A stretch of DNA of 64,000 nucleotides from Succinatimonas sp. UBA6849 (lineage in GTDB: Bacteria; Pseudomonadota; Gammaproteobacteria; Enterobacterales; Succinivibrionaceae): positions 7,910 to 71,909 of the forward strand of contig DKDL01000101.1 in NCBI GenBank assembly GCA_002449335.1. Direction: 5' to 3'. The position numbers were made by a program, and so were the translations under genes. Below, in pieces: positions 49,993 to 59,423 of this stretch (positions are counted from its first letter, which is position 1; each line of letters begins with the position of its first letter). The notes under the pieces are model-generated. The model worked only from the letters and a program-made list of their open reading frames with translations, was not told the DNA's origin and searched no databases.

Positions 49993-51117
49993 ATGAGTTT
50001 TTATGATGAGCTGTCAAAAATCGATGTAGACAAGTTTGTCTCATTGGTTGATTCAAGAACTGATGCAGATGTTGAAAGAGCAATATATAAAACTACTCCT
50101 CGCACCGTTGAAGATTTTGCTGCTTTAATTAGTGAAAATGCCAGAAAACACTATCTTGATGTGATGGTACAAGAGGCTACACAGCTAACCAGAAAGAGAT
50201 TCGGTCGCTGTGTAAACATGTATCTGCCTTTATACCTTACAAACCTCTGCAACAACAAATGTGTTTACTGCGGTTTCTCAGTAATGAACAAGTTCAAGCG
50301 TGTAGTTCTTACAATGGAAGAAATTGAAGAAGAATTACAGGCCATGAATAAAATGGGATATACCAATATCCTGTTAGTTTCAGGAGAAAACTCTCATAGA
50401 GCAGGTATGCCATATTTTAGAGAAGTGTTACCACTTACCAAGAAATATGCCGATTATTTGCAGATGGAAGTTCAGCCCCTAGAAACTGAAGAATACGCAG
50501 AGTTAAAGACCTTAGGTTTAGATGCAGTTTCTGTCTATCAGGAAACTTATCATCCAGGTTGCTATAAGCAAGTTCACTTAGGTGGTAAAAAAGCTGATAT
50601 GCGCTTTAGAATGGAAACTCCAGATAGATTAGGTCAAGCTGGTATTGATAAAGTAGGTATGGGCGCACTTTTAGGTCTTTATGACTGGAAAGTTGATCTG
50701 TGTGCTCTTGCAATGCATGTACTTTACATGAGAGATCATTATTGGAAGACTTCACTTTCAATTTCATTCCCACGTTTAAGACCTGCTCAGGGTGGTTATC
50801 AACCACATTCTCCAGTTGATGACGCTAAGTTAGTTCAGATCATTAGTGTATGGAGAATTTTTGATAATGAGCTTGATCTTACAATTTCCACAAGAGAGAG
50901 TGCATCATTTAGAGATCTAATTCTGCCAATAGGTATTACCGCAGTATCAGCAGGATCTTCAACAGAACCTGGCGGATATGCCCATAAGGGTAAGTATCTT
51001 GAGCAGTGGACTGTAAATGATGACAGAACGGTAGATGAAGTTGTTGCGGCGATGGAAAAGAGCGGCTTTGATGCCGTATTCCACAATGCATCTGCAACCT
51101 ACTTTAAAGCTGTTTAG
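49993..51117 (+). CDS. thiH: 2-iminoacetate synthase
   Basis: PLYLTNLCNNKCVYCGF radical SAM, YQETY, SISFPRLRP, ISTRE. Confidence 0.96.
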   Translation: MSFYDELSKIDVDKFVSLVDSRTDADVERAIYKTTPRTVEDFAALISENARKHYLDVMVQEATQLTRKRFGRCVNMYLPLYLTNLCNNKCVYCGFSVMNKFKRVVLTMEEIEEELQAMNKMGYTNILLVSGENSHRAGMPYFREVLPLTKKYADYLQMEVQPLETEEYAELKTLGLDAVSVYQETYHPGCYKQVHLGGKKADMRFRMETPDRLGQAGIDKVGMGALLGLYDWKVDLCALAMHVLYMRDHYWKTSLSISFPRLRPAQGGYQPHSPVDDAKLVQIISVWRIFDNELDLTISTRESASFRDLILPIGITAVSAGSSTEPGGYAHKGKYLEQWTVNDDRTVDEVVAAMEKSGFDAVFHNASATYFKAV

Positions 51118-51125
51118 ATAATGTC

Positions 51126-51153
51126 TTGAAAAAGGTGAAATATCATCTATAAT
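51126..51153 (+). promoter_or_regulatory. Sigma-70 promoter for putative antisense RNA 1
   Basis: TTGAAA-16-TATAAT, conserved in both repeat copies. Confidence 0.7.
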
Positions 51154-51155
51154 GG

Positions 51156-51345
51156 GAAACAGAGGTACGGAAATACCTCTGTTTCTTTGATGGTTCTATT
51201 TTACCATACTGGTGACGACCAAATTAGCAAAACTAGAACCAAAATCAAAAGACAATATTTCATAACGAAATCCTTGTTTTTAATCTATCTTAGGTTCTAG
51301 CTTCTAGGCCATTCCCAGTGGTCTAGAAATACTAGAACCACCGTT
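51156..51345 (+). ncRNA. Putative cis-antisense antitoxin RNA 1 (Sib-like); ends approximate
   Basis: Follows the promoter; 5' hairpin GAAACAGAGGTA/TACCTCTGTTTC, spans the small ORF and its SD in antisense, 3' hairpin 51293-51339. Confidence 0.6.
51201..51263 (-). CDS. 20-aa hydrophobic peptide MKYCLLILVLVLLIWSSPVW; Ibs-like type I toxin candidate
   Basis: ATG..TAA with SD AAGGA upstream; the paralog differs only by synonymous and conservative changes. Confidence 0.8.
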   Translation of the reverse strand: MKYCLLILVLVLLIWSSPVW

Positions 51346-51546
51346 GTTACATAAGTAACTCTCTTATTTTATCATACCTTAATGCTCCTGTATATACAGC
51401 TTATTTATAACTATTAAATACTAATTAGATATATTATAAAATTGCTTTTAACAGATTCAATGAGACTTTTTCTATTTGTTGTAATGTAATAGTGTTTTAC
51501 TTGAAGATATGTAATTTTGACTGGTCTTATTTTGCAGGTTTTATGT

Positions 51547-51574
51547 TTGAAAATGGAAAATTATCATCTATAAT
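51547..51574 (+). promoter_or_regulatory. Sigma-70 promoter for putative antisense RNA 2
   Basis: TTGAAA-16-TATAAT. Confidence 0.7.
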
Positions 51575-51576
51575 GG

Positions 51577-51765
51577 GGAACAGCGGTAGAGGTATACCTC
51601 TGTTTCTTTGATGGTTCTAATTTACCAAACTGGTGATGACCAAACTAGTAGAGCTAGAACCAGAATAACAAAACAGTATTTCATTTTGAAATCCTAGTTT
51701 AAAGTTAATACAAAGTTCTAGTTTCTAGGCCAGACCAGTGGTCTAGAATAACTAGAACCACCGTT
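51577..51765 (+). ncRNA. Putative cis-antisense antitoxin RNA 2 (Sib-like); ends approximate
   Basis: Same architecture as copy 1; hairpins at 51577-51606 and 51715-51758. Confidence 0.6.
51622..51684 (-). CDS. 20-aa hydrophobic peptide MKYCFVILVLALLVWSSPVW; Ibs-like type I toxin candidate
   Basis: ATG..TAA with SD AGGA upstream; 16/20 aa identical to copy 1. Confidence 0.8.
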   Translation of the reverse strand: MKYCFVILVLALLVWSSPVW

Positions 51766-51813
51766 GTATCTTATCTAAGTTGTAAAGTTCTTTTTTAACT
51801 TTTATTGCATTCT

Positions 51814-53904
51814 TCAATTGAACTCTACTTTGAATTTTGATGTATCTGTTTGTCCTTCTTCGTCGATAACAGTAATACTGTAAAAGCCTTCACTTTTAGG
51901 TTCAAAATAGTTTTGTTCAAATTGTTCGTTGTTAATTGTAATAATTAGTGAACCTGATTGTCCTTTTGTTTTGATGTGAATTTTTCCAAGACTATCTGGG
52001 GACACAGTTTGCCCATTTGAAGGAAATGTGATTTCTAACTTTTTCTCATTATTAAAAGAATGACTTTGATTTGAAAGATTAAGTTCTTTTAAAGCTAAAG
52101 GAACATCAGTGCTTAAAAGAGGAGAAGTTAGAGTTTCTTTACTTAGTGTCTCATTTTTCCTTTTTGACAAGATCTCAAAAAGATAAGGTGCAGCACTATC
52201 ATATCCAGTGTAGGGAGTGTTGCCTTTGATGTTGTAAGGTGAACTTATGGAAACAGCTACTGTAAGGTTGTTTAATGATCCAATCGCTAAGGCATCGGTA
52301 AACTCGTAAGCTGTCCCTGTTTTGTATGAAATTTGTTTCTGTTCAGGATATAAGTATGGTCTTGGTGTCTCTTTTAAGATTTCAAACACGGCTCTAGAAC
52401 TGTCTTTTGTTAACATTCTGTATGCTGTTAAATTTGCGCTTGAGTTCTTTTGGTAAGTAAATTCATGCATCAGACCATCTTCATTTAACATGGCATACAA
52501 TCTTGCTAAGTTATAAAGACTGATACTAGCACTACCTAAGATAATCGAAAGATCACTTTTATTGTGTCTTAGTTTTAAGAGATCTTCATGAAGGTTTAGC
52601 ATCTTGGAAAAGTTGTTTGCTCCAACTAAATTCAGTACTTCTAAAGCAGGTAAGTTTAATGAATAGGTAAGAGCTTTTTTGGCTGTTACCTCTCCTGTAA
52701 ATTTTCGACTGAAGTTATTTGGTGACCAGGTTCCGTACAGATTTTTGTTGTCATGTAATATGGTATTTGGGTGCAACAATCCTTTTTTCATTGCATAAGC
52801 ATAGGCAAAAGGTTTTAGAGCAGAGCCAGGAGATCTTAATCTAAAAGGTAAACATAGTGAGCTCTTTTCATTAGATGAAGATCCTAAAACTCCTTTAATT
52901 TGATGCGATTTTACATCAAGTACAATCGCACTTAGAACATAGTTTTTATCAGCTGTATGTTCAAATTTTTCTGCAAGATTATTAAGTTCAATTTGCAATG
53001 AGTCATCAAGACTTGAAAAGATCTCTTTATCATCTGCGATCAAGCTATTACTTTTTATAAAATAGGGATCATGTTTTTTAAGATTAAGCTCATGTTTTTT
53101 TAAATTAAACAAATAGTTACCAAAAGTAAGAGCATTTTGTGAAATCATGTATCTTTTGCTAGGAAGTGTCTCTTTAAGGGATAGAGTAAGTTGCTCTTTT
53201 GTTATTACGTTTGCTTTATTAGCAAGCTTTAAAACCTCATTTTTGTAGTAAAGAGCAGTTTTCCTTTTTTTATCTGGACGAATGAGTTCAGGAGCTCTTG
53301 GCAGTGCTGTAAGCAGAGCAGCTTCTGAAGAATTTAAAGTATTGGGTAAATGATTGAACCAGGTTAAAGAGGCTGCTTTTACACCTTCGACATTTCCACC
53401 AAAAGGTGAAAGGGTAAGATACAGTGTTAAGATGCCATCTCTTTTGTACTTTAATGTAAGGTATACAGCCTGAACCATTTCCTTTACTTTATTAAAGTAG
53501 GTTCTTTTGTGTCCTGTAAGTCTTTTTGCTACCTGCATAGCAAGAGTTGAGGCTCCAGAGCCTACACTCTGATTTTTTAGGTTATAGAAGGAAGCTCTCA
53601 AAAGAGAGAGAGGATCCACTCCAAAGTGGCTGTAGAATCGCTTATCCTCGTTGGCAATCAGCATCTTTAAATAAAGATCTGAGACATCATCTTTAGTGGT
53701 TTTAAATCTAATGGATGAGGTGTCATCACTTAAAGTATAGGCAAGCACGTTTCCTTTATCTGAATATAGCACATAAGATCTGTTCTCGTACTTGTCTAAA
53801 GAAATTTCATCAATGCACATATACACGAACCCTATGCAGGCACTTAAAACACTTAGTATTAAAAATGCCACGATTGCATAGGTGAAACGTTGGTGCTTAC
53901 TCAT
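51814..53904 (-). CDS. pbpC: Penicillin-binding protein 1C
   Basis: Transglycosylase EDKRFYSHFGVD, GASTLAMQ; transpeptidase SALK, SLN, KTG; downstream of the A2M gene. Confidence 0.92.
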   Translation of the reverse strand: MSKHQRFTYAIVAFLILSVLSACIGFVYMCIDEISLDKYENRSYVLYSDKGNVLAYTLSDDTSSIRFKTTKDDVSDLYLKMLIANEDKRFYSHFGVDPLSLLRASFYNLKNQSVGSGASTLAMQVAKRLTGHKRTYFNKVKEMVQAVYLTLKYKRDGILTLYLTLSPFGGNVEGVKAASLTWFNHLPNTLNSSEAALLTALPRAPELIRPDKKRKTALYYKNEVLKLANKANVITKEQLTLSLKETLPSKRYMISQNALTFGNYLFNLKKHELNLKKHDPYFIKSNSLIADDKEIFSSLDDSLQIELNNLAEKFEHTADKNYVLSAIVLDVKSHQIKGVLGSSSNEKSSLCLPFRLRSPGSALKPFAYAYAMKKGLLHPNTILHDNKNLYGTWSPNNFSRKFTGEVTAKKALTYSLNLPALEVLNLVGANNFSKMLNLHEDLLKLRHNKSDLSIILGSASISLYNLARLYAMLNEDGLMHEFTYQKNSSANLTAYRMLTKDSSRAVFEILKETPRPYLYPEQKQISYKTGTAYEFTDALAIGSLNNLTVAVSISSPYNIKGNTPYTGYDSAAPYLFEILSKRKNETLSKETLTSPLLSTDVPLALKELNLSNQSHSFNNEKKLEITFPSNGQTVSPDSLGKIHIKTKGQSGSLIITINNEQFEQNYFEPKSEGFYSITVIDEEGQTDTSKFKVEFN

Positions 53905-53928
53905 TGCTACTTATCAAAAGATACGTTT

Positions 53929-56900
53929 CTATTTTACTTCGATGGTATCTTGAGCCTTGTACAATACCTCTGAAGTAGTTCTAAAGGAGGTATTGTGTAC
54001 AGTCAGCGCCAAAGGTACTGAAGTGCCTCTATATGCTCCTTTTAGGATATAGGCAAAAGCAAAATCATTTCTCTTACTTTGACAGGAATTTACAATTGAG
54101 CTGTCTCCTTTTATGGTATTGAAAGCATAACTGTCTGTAAGTTCGCCTAAGAAAGGATATTTCTGTGAAGCTTCATTAGCATCAATGCTTCTTAAATAGA
54201 GCATATTAGCTGGTAGTAAAGATTCAACAGAGATCTTACTTGAAAGGTTATTGAGATGAACTTTTACCAAAACGATAATATCCTCATTTACGTTAACGTG
54301 AAGAGGTGGGGCAAGCTCAGTTCCATCTGGAGAATAGTAGTTAACACTAATGTCCTGTCTATCTTTTGATAAGGCATATTTCTCTGGTACAGAGAAGATA
54401 CTTGCACTGATTAAAGTGTCACTCTCTCCGTCATTGACTAAAGTAATTTCATTTCCTTTAAGAACACCGTCTGTAAATACGTTGTCATCCTTATTCTCAT
54501 TAGAGATCATTTCCATCATTTTGGCTCTTTGAGCAGAAGTCTTATAGCTATAAGAGTTCTCTGTAGCTACAATCACGTATACTTCATTTAAACTCAAAGA
54601 CTGGCTATTGTTCTCTTTTTGTTTTAACAGTGCCTCTAAGACACACAGACTGTCATAAGCTGTATCTGTGATATATAAAGGTTCATACTCTTGAAGAGCC
54701 TGAATGAGATTTATAAGTTTGTTATTGGAAAGGTTGCCTTTATCAATCGCAATTCTTAAGTTTTCAGCTTCTTTTAACAGCTCAACTGCTTTAGTGATAG
54801 CAATCTCCTGACGTTTTACATCACCATACAGAGCAAAAGCTTTAGCATAGGAGAGGTATGCATTGATAGCTTTAGATTTTGAATGGTCAAATCTAAAGGT
54901 AAGAGTAGAGCTTTGATTGTCACCTGATAAAGTTAGGGCATACAGGCATAAAGCAGCTGTAGTCTCATTGTCAGAGTTAGCATTTCTCTTAATATTCTGT
55001 AAAAGCTTATCTAATACATTAAAGTTTGTGTTATAGCCTTTTTCTGAAGCCTTGTTTAATATAAGGTAAGCATAAGCTGCAACATAGCCACCATCTTCAT
55101 AATTGACTAAAGAATAATCAACATAGCCCTGATTATTAATAGTTGAATTTACGTAGTCGATAAGTGAACTAATCTTAGTCTGATAGGTTTTGTATTCCTG
55201 GCTGCTCTTATCTAGGAACTTCTCAGAATAATCTATGAGAGTTGAAAGATCAGATAAGGTATCAAAGTAATTACTCTTAAATGAGCTGTAAGCTTCATTT
55301 GCCATATCTTTTGGATTTGCTGATGGCAACAGACCATAGCTTAACTTTACCTTTGTTCCATCTTTAAATGTGTTCTTAAATTTAAAAGTAGCCTGCTCAT
55401 TTACTTTTAATGGAAGAATAGCGCTTTCAAGTACTTTACCTTTGTTTGGTAATACGTCTATTTCATAGCTGTCATCGTAGGTATAGTCACCTGATTTTAC
55501 TTTTAAAGATACAGTACCCACACCTTCATTTAAGGCCTTAAGTTTTAAGTTCTCATGAGCTTTATTCTTATCTAATGATACACTCTTATCAAGTGAGCAC
55601 TCTAAAGCTCCAGTGCAGGTAACTTTAAATGAAACATCTTTTTTGTCTTTGATTAAATCGTCAAATAAGACTCTGCCATAAAGCTCATCTCCTACATGCA
55701 TGTAGCTGGGAGCTGCCAATTTGGTAACAGCATCAGAGGCAATAGTAATATCTTTAGAATAGCTACCAACTCTATCCTTATTCCAACCTACAACCATCAG
55801 TCTTGCCTTACCTGAGAATTTTGGAATATCAAAACTAACTGTGGCTTTACCGTCTTTTACTTGTACTCTTGATGAACTCAAAGAGAGTAGAGCTTTGGTG
55901 GTATTAGATAAAATTTGAGCACTAGCACCTGCGAGCATTTCATCTGAACCATAGCCCTGACCGTCTTTAGATAAAGCTTTCATCACATAGGCATACATGT
56001 CATTTACCTTGGTTGAAAAAGCTCTCTTATCGGTTAAAAACTTGAATGGATCAGGGGAGTTTTGTGCGTTAATAGCAAGAATACCTTCATCGATTAAATA
56101 GGCTCTTAAATAGGTATTCTCATCGCTATTGTCTACCTCAAGATTTACATTAAGCGTGCTATTAGGTTTTACTGTATCTAAAACCTGAGCCTTGATGTTT
56201 AGAAGTCTGTCCTGATTATCAAATCTGATATAAGAAAGACCTACAGCGCGAGATGCTGTTCTGTATTTAGACTCTGTGCCTTTGTAGGTGGTAACTAGAG
56301 CGTAAGTACCTGTATCTTTAATGTCAGCAGAGTCAAAGCCAATTTCATTATGACCTTTGTTTACCTTAAAGCTCTGTTTTAATTCAACAGATGAATTACC
56401 AACTACCAAAGAGCCATAACCTTCAAACTCACTGTCAAAGCTTAAATTTACTCTGTCACCTTTGTGATATTGCTCTTTGTCCATAGTTAACATGAGCTTT
56501 TCAGGAGTCAGATCGTTATCCTCATTTACATACCCTTTTACAAAGTTAAACTTGGTAAAGGCATTATCATTTTTTATTTCAACTGTATACAGTCCATCCT
56601 CAAGATTTACTGGAATAGAACTTAACTTGTCTTTTGTAAATGAAAGAGATCCTGAGTCAACTGGCTCTGTATACTCGTTTTTAACAAACTTCCAGTTGCC
56701 GTCTACATAAGCATACTGATATGAGATGTTGCGTTTTAATAGAGTGTAACTTGCCTTACCTTCAAGTCTTTTACCATCCTGATAACATAAAAGTGAATCA
56801 AGCTGGTATTTGTTATCTGCTTTGGTGAGCTTTACACCAATTAAAGGTGAGCTGTACTTTACCTTAGCTTCTTTAGTCAAGTAAGCAGATCCGGTTACAG

Positions 56901-58680
56901 GATCTAGAACGTAGATATCAAATTTAACTTTGCGAGGGTAGTTACTATCCTCTGCGTTAAACTTAAAGCTAAAGACACCGTCCTCACTGGTGTTGCCAGA
57001 ATCTATCTGCACATACTGAGTGTGATTACCATCATTTACACTCTCATCATCAAGGCCAAAGGAAAAGTCTTTATATTTATCAACGGTATGACTGTCTGGA
57101 AGAATGTTATAGCTTCCAGAAATACCAATGTCAGATGCTTTAGCGCCATAGTTATAGTCGGTATTAACTTTGATACTGTCTGAGGTACTTACAATATCAT
57201 TTACCTTTAAGCTTGAGGTTAAAGCTGCAGGAGTAAACGCTGAGACTGTAAGATTAGTAGTACTTAAAAGATGCTTTTCATCAAAGCCCAATTCAAAATT
57301 CCAGGTGCCTAATTGAGCATTTTCAGGAAGTGTATATTCATACTCAAAACTGTTCTCAACCGCTCTTGATAGCGGAATTTCTCTTTCAATTACATAGTCA
57401 GGACGTCTTATAAAGAGCTTTAATGCCTTTAAAGAAGCAGCACTAAGATCTTTGTTTCTTACTAAAGCCTGATATACAGTTTTCTCACCAGGCCTTAAAA
57501 GAGATCTGCTAGTATAGGCATAGACTTTGTAGTCATTGCTGTCACTAATACCAGCTCCTTCTTCAAAATATAAAGGACTTGCTCTTAAATCTAATGGGAA
57601 GAAATCGTCATTATTGTTAACAGTAACTGTAGCTACACTCTGTCCATTGTCTCCTGAGCATAATTCCTTATTAAAATGAACAAAACCATTGCTGTCTGTG
57701 GTTTTAGTATCTAATACATCATTTGATAATGACTTTAGGGTAACAGTAGCACCTTGAATTGGTTTGGCATCAGTAAGGGCTCTTACATTGACATCGATGC
57801 CATCATCTCCTTTGTATGAGGTAACGCCTAAGTTAGAAACAAAGACGAGTTTTGATAATTGAAGAGCATTGTCATCATAGGAGATAAAGTCGTCAATTGT
57901 AAGATCATCGTGATCTTTTGAGTTGATAACACAGATGACATAAACACCACTTTTATCGGTGTTTACAAATTCGCTGATATCAACAGGTGTATGTTCAACC
58001 ACATTTCTTTTGTTTTTAAAGTTAACTGTCTTTGAACCTAATAACTTTCCCTGATTAAAGATAAGTTTACGCATGTCATACTTATCAGGATTTTCTGAAT
58101 ACAGGCTGTAAAGCTCTGCCTGTGGAAGGGAGTTGTTTGAAATCTTAAACACACCTAAAGTTACAGCATCTGTGTTTACTGTCTCAAGCTCAATTACTTT
58201 GCGCTTATCCTTACCAGGTAGAATTAAGCCTTTGGCAATTTTAACAGAGCAGGTCTCATCGATGGTTGTAAAGGTAGTTTCAGAGCTTACATCAGTGGTT
58301 AAAGTTGTGACTCTGTCTTTACTCTTTTGAGTAAATTTGATGCCTTTTTGGAGCTTTAAAGTGTACTCTGTACCAAAGTTAAGCCCTGAAACGCACAGAC
58401 GACCATCTTTTACAAAAGGGTAAGCATCTTTTACTTTGGAGTTTTTATTTACAAAAATTCCAACAGCTGAGGTTAAATCCTGTTCTGAAGCTATATCTTT
58501 ATCAGTGATAAAACAAGTTAAGGCTTTGCCACGAGTGTTCTCATCAATAGCTCTTTTAACTTCAAGAGATAGCTTATCAGAAGCTCCATTTGTATCTTTA
58601 GCGTAAGCATATTCAGAGAGCATGACAGGAGTGGCAAAAAGAATAGTGCACCAAGACAAAAGTGATAACTTGTGATTCAT
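53929..58680 (-). CDS. Bacterial alpha-2-macroglobulin family protein (YfhM-like)
   Basis: ~1580 aa secreted protein; LCVSGL..G..Y, SNLGV, RPGE, IDEGIL, F.GKARLMVV; paired with pbpC; ATG 58680 with GGAG SD. Confidence 0.88.
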   Translation of the reverse strand: MNHKLSLLSWCTILFATPVMLSEYAYAKDTNGASDKLSLEVKRAIDENTRGKALTCFITDKDIASEQDLTSAVGIFVNKNSKVKDAYPFVKDGRLCVSGLNFGTEYTLKLQKGIKFTQKSKDRVTTLTTDVSSETTFTTIDETCSVKIAKGLILPGKDKRKVIELETVNTDAVTLGVFKISNNSLPQAELYSLYSENPDKYDMRKLIFNQGKLLGSKTVNFKNKRNVVEHTPVDISEFVNTDKSGVYVICVINSKDHDDLTIDDFISYDDNALQLSKLVFVSNLGVTSYKGDDGIDVNVRALTDAKPIQGATVTLKSLSNDVLDTKTTDSNGFVHFNKELCSGDNGQSVATVTVNNNDDFFPLDLRASPLYFEEGAGISDSNDYKVYAYTSRSLLRPGEKTVYQALVRNKDLSAASLKALKLFIRRPDYVIEREIPLSRAVENSFEYEYTLPENAQLGTWNFELGFDEKHLLSTTNLTVSAFTPAALTSSLKVNDIVSTSDSIKVNTDYNYGAKASDIGISGSYNILPDSHTVDKYKDFSFGLDDESVNDGNHTQYVQIDSGNTSEDGVFSFKFNAEDSNYPRKVKFDIYVLDPVTGSAYLTKEAKVKYSSPLIGVKLTKADNKYQLDSLLCYQDGKRLEGKASYTLLKRNISYQYAYVDGNWKFVKNEYTEPVDSGSLSFTKDKLSSIPVNLEDGLYTVEIKNDNAFTKFNFVKGYVNEDNDLTPEKLMLTMDKEQYHKGDRVNLSFDSEFEGYGSLVVGNSSVELKQSFKVNKGHNEIGFDSADIKDTGTYALVTTYKGTESKYRTASRAVGLSYIRFDNQDRLLNIKAQVLDTVKPNSTLNVNLEVDNSDENTYLRAYLIDEGILAINAQNSPDPFKFLTDKRAFSTKVNDMYAYVMKALSKDGQGYGSDEMLAGASAQILSNTTKALLSLSSSRVQVKDGKATVSFDIPKFSGKARLMVVGWNKDRVGSYSKDITIASDAVTKLAAPSYMHVGDELYGRVLFDDLIKDKKDVSFKVTCTGALECSLDKSVSLDKNKAHENLKLKALNEGVGTVSLKVKSGDYTYDDSYEIDVLPNKGKVLESAILPLKVNEQATFKFKNTFKDGTKVKLSYGLLPSANPKDMANEAYSSFKSNYFDTLSDLSTLIDYSEKFLDKSSQEYKTYQTKISSLIDYVNSTINNQGYVDYSLVNYEDGGYVAAYAYLILNKASEKGYNTNFNVLDKLLQNIKRNANSDNETTAALCLYALTLSGDNQSSTLTFRFDHSKSKAINAYLSYAKAFALYGDVKRQEIAITKAVELLKEAENLRIAIDKGNLSNNKLINLIQALQEYEPLYITDTAYDSLCVLEALLKQKENNSQSLSLNEVYVIVATENSYSYKTSAQRAKMMEMISNENKDDNVFTDGVLKGNEITLVNDGESDTLISASIFSVPEKYALSKDRQDISVNYYSPDGTELAPPLHVNVNEDIIVLVKVHLNNLSSKISVESLLPANMLYLRSIDANEASQKYPFLGELTDSYAFNTIKGDSSIVNSCQSKRNDFAFAYILKGAYRGTSVPLALTVHNTSFRTTSEVLYKAQDTIEVK

Positions 58681-59016
58681 AGAAGCTCCGTGTAAAGACA
58701 TATAGCCAAATCTATTACTTAACTGTAGGTAATTAATCCGATTGTAGCAAATCTAACATCAAATACTTTGATACGAATTAGCAAATAAACTTTACATCGT
58801 AAAAGGTAAGGTCTAAAAGCGTAAAAGACAAGAATGCAAAAGTTGTTAAGAATATATGGTCAGAACAAAAATTTTTTACAAGGTATAAAAAATAAGAACA
58901 ATTTCATATAATGGCAAAATTAAATACCAAATTGGATTGCTTATAAAAAGGGTAAACACAGATGATTTATCACTGGCAGTCTAATGTAATACATATCTTT
59001 AAGTTAAGGATGACTT

Positions 59017-59406
59017 ATGGCAAAGGTACAGAAAAAAGGTCTAGTTAGAATTTACAATGCTGGTAAATACAGCATGAAAGGCTTTAAAGCAGGTCTTGAA
59101 AATGAAGCTGCAATCAGACAGGAGATGTTCTTAGCCGTAATTTTAACTGCTGTAGCTTTTTATTTAAGATATTTTTCAGATTTTGGCTACTCTACCTTAG
59201 AACTAATTGCTTTAATTGCAATGCCATGGATTACTGTGGTAACTGAACTTTTAAATTCTGGTATTGAAGCTGTAGTTGACAGAATCGGTACTGAATTTAA
59301 CGAACTTTCAGGTCGAGCAAAAGACTTAGGCTCTGCTGCAGTATTTGTAATGCTGATCCTGACTTTAGTAACTTGGGTTGTAATTATTGCAGATCACTGT
59401 ATTTAA
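59017..59406 (+). CDS. dgkA: Diacylglycerol kinase
   Basis: EAAIRQE, ELLNSGIEAVVDRIG, LSGRAKDLGSAAV. Confidence 0.96.
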   Translation: MAKVQKKGLVRIYNAGKYSMKGFKAGLENEAAIRQEMFLAVILTAVAFYLRYFSDFGYSTLELIALIAMPWITVVTELLNSGIEAVVDRIGTEFNELSGRAKDLGSAAVFVMLILTLVTWVVIIADHCI

Positions 59407-59423
59407 GCCCTTAGTTCTAGCTT

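Larger units (their letters stand above)
51121..51347. repeat. Tandem repeat copy 1 (type I TA-like cassette)
   Basis: Colinear with 51543-51767: shared promoter, hairpin, small ORF, second hairpin and CTAGAACCACCGTTGT end; period ~421 bp. Confidence 0.92.
51543..51767. repeat. Tandem repeat copy 2 (type I TA-like cassette)
   Basis: Colinear with 51121-51347. Confidence 0.92.

Noticed and set aside
51121..51767. Possible CRISPR array or tRNA/riboswitch duplication
   Set aside because: Only two long (~225 bp) diverged units, no short repeat-spacer periodicity, no cas genes, no cloverleaf or known aptamer core; explained better by small ORF plus antisense cassettes
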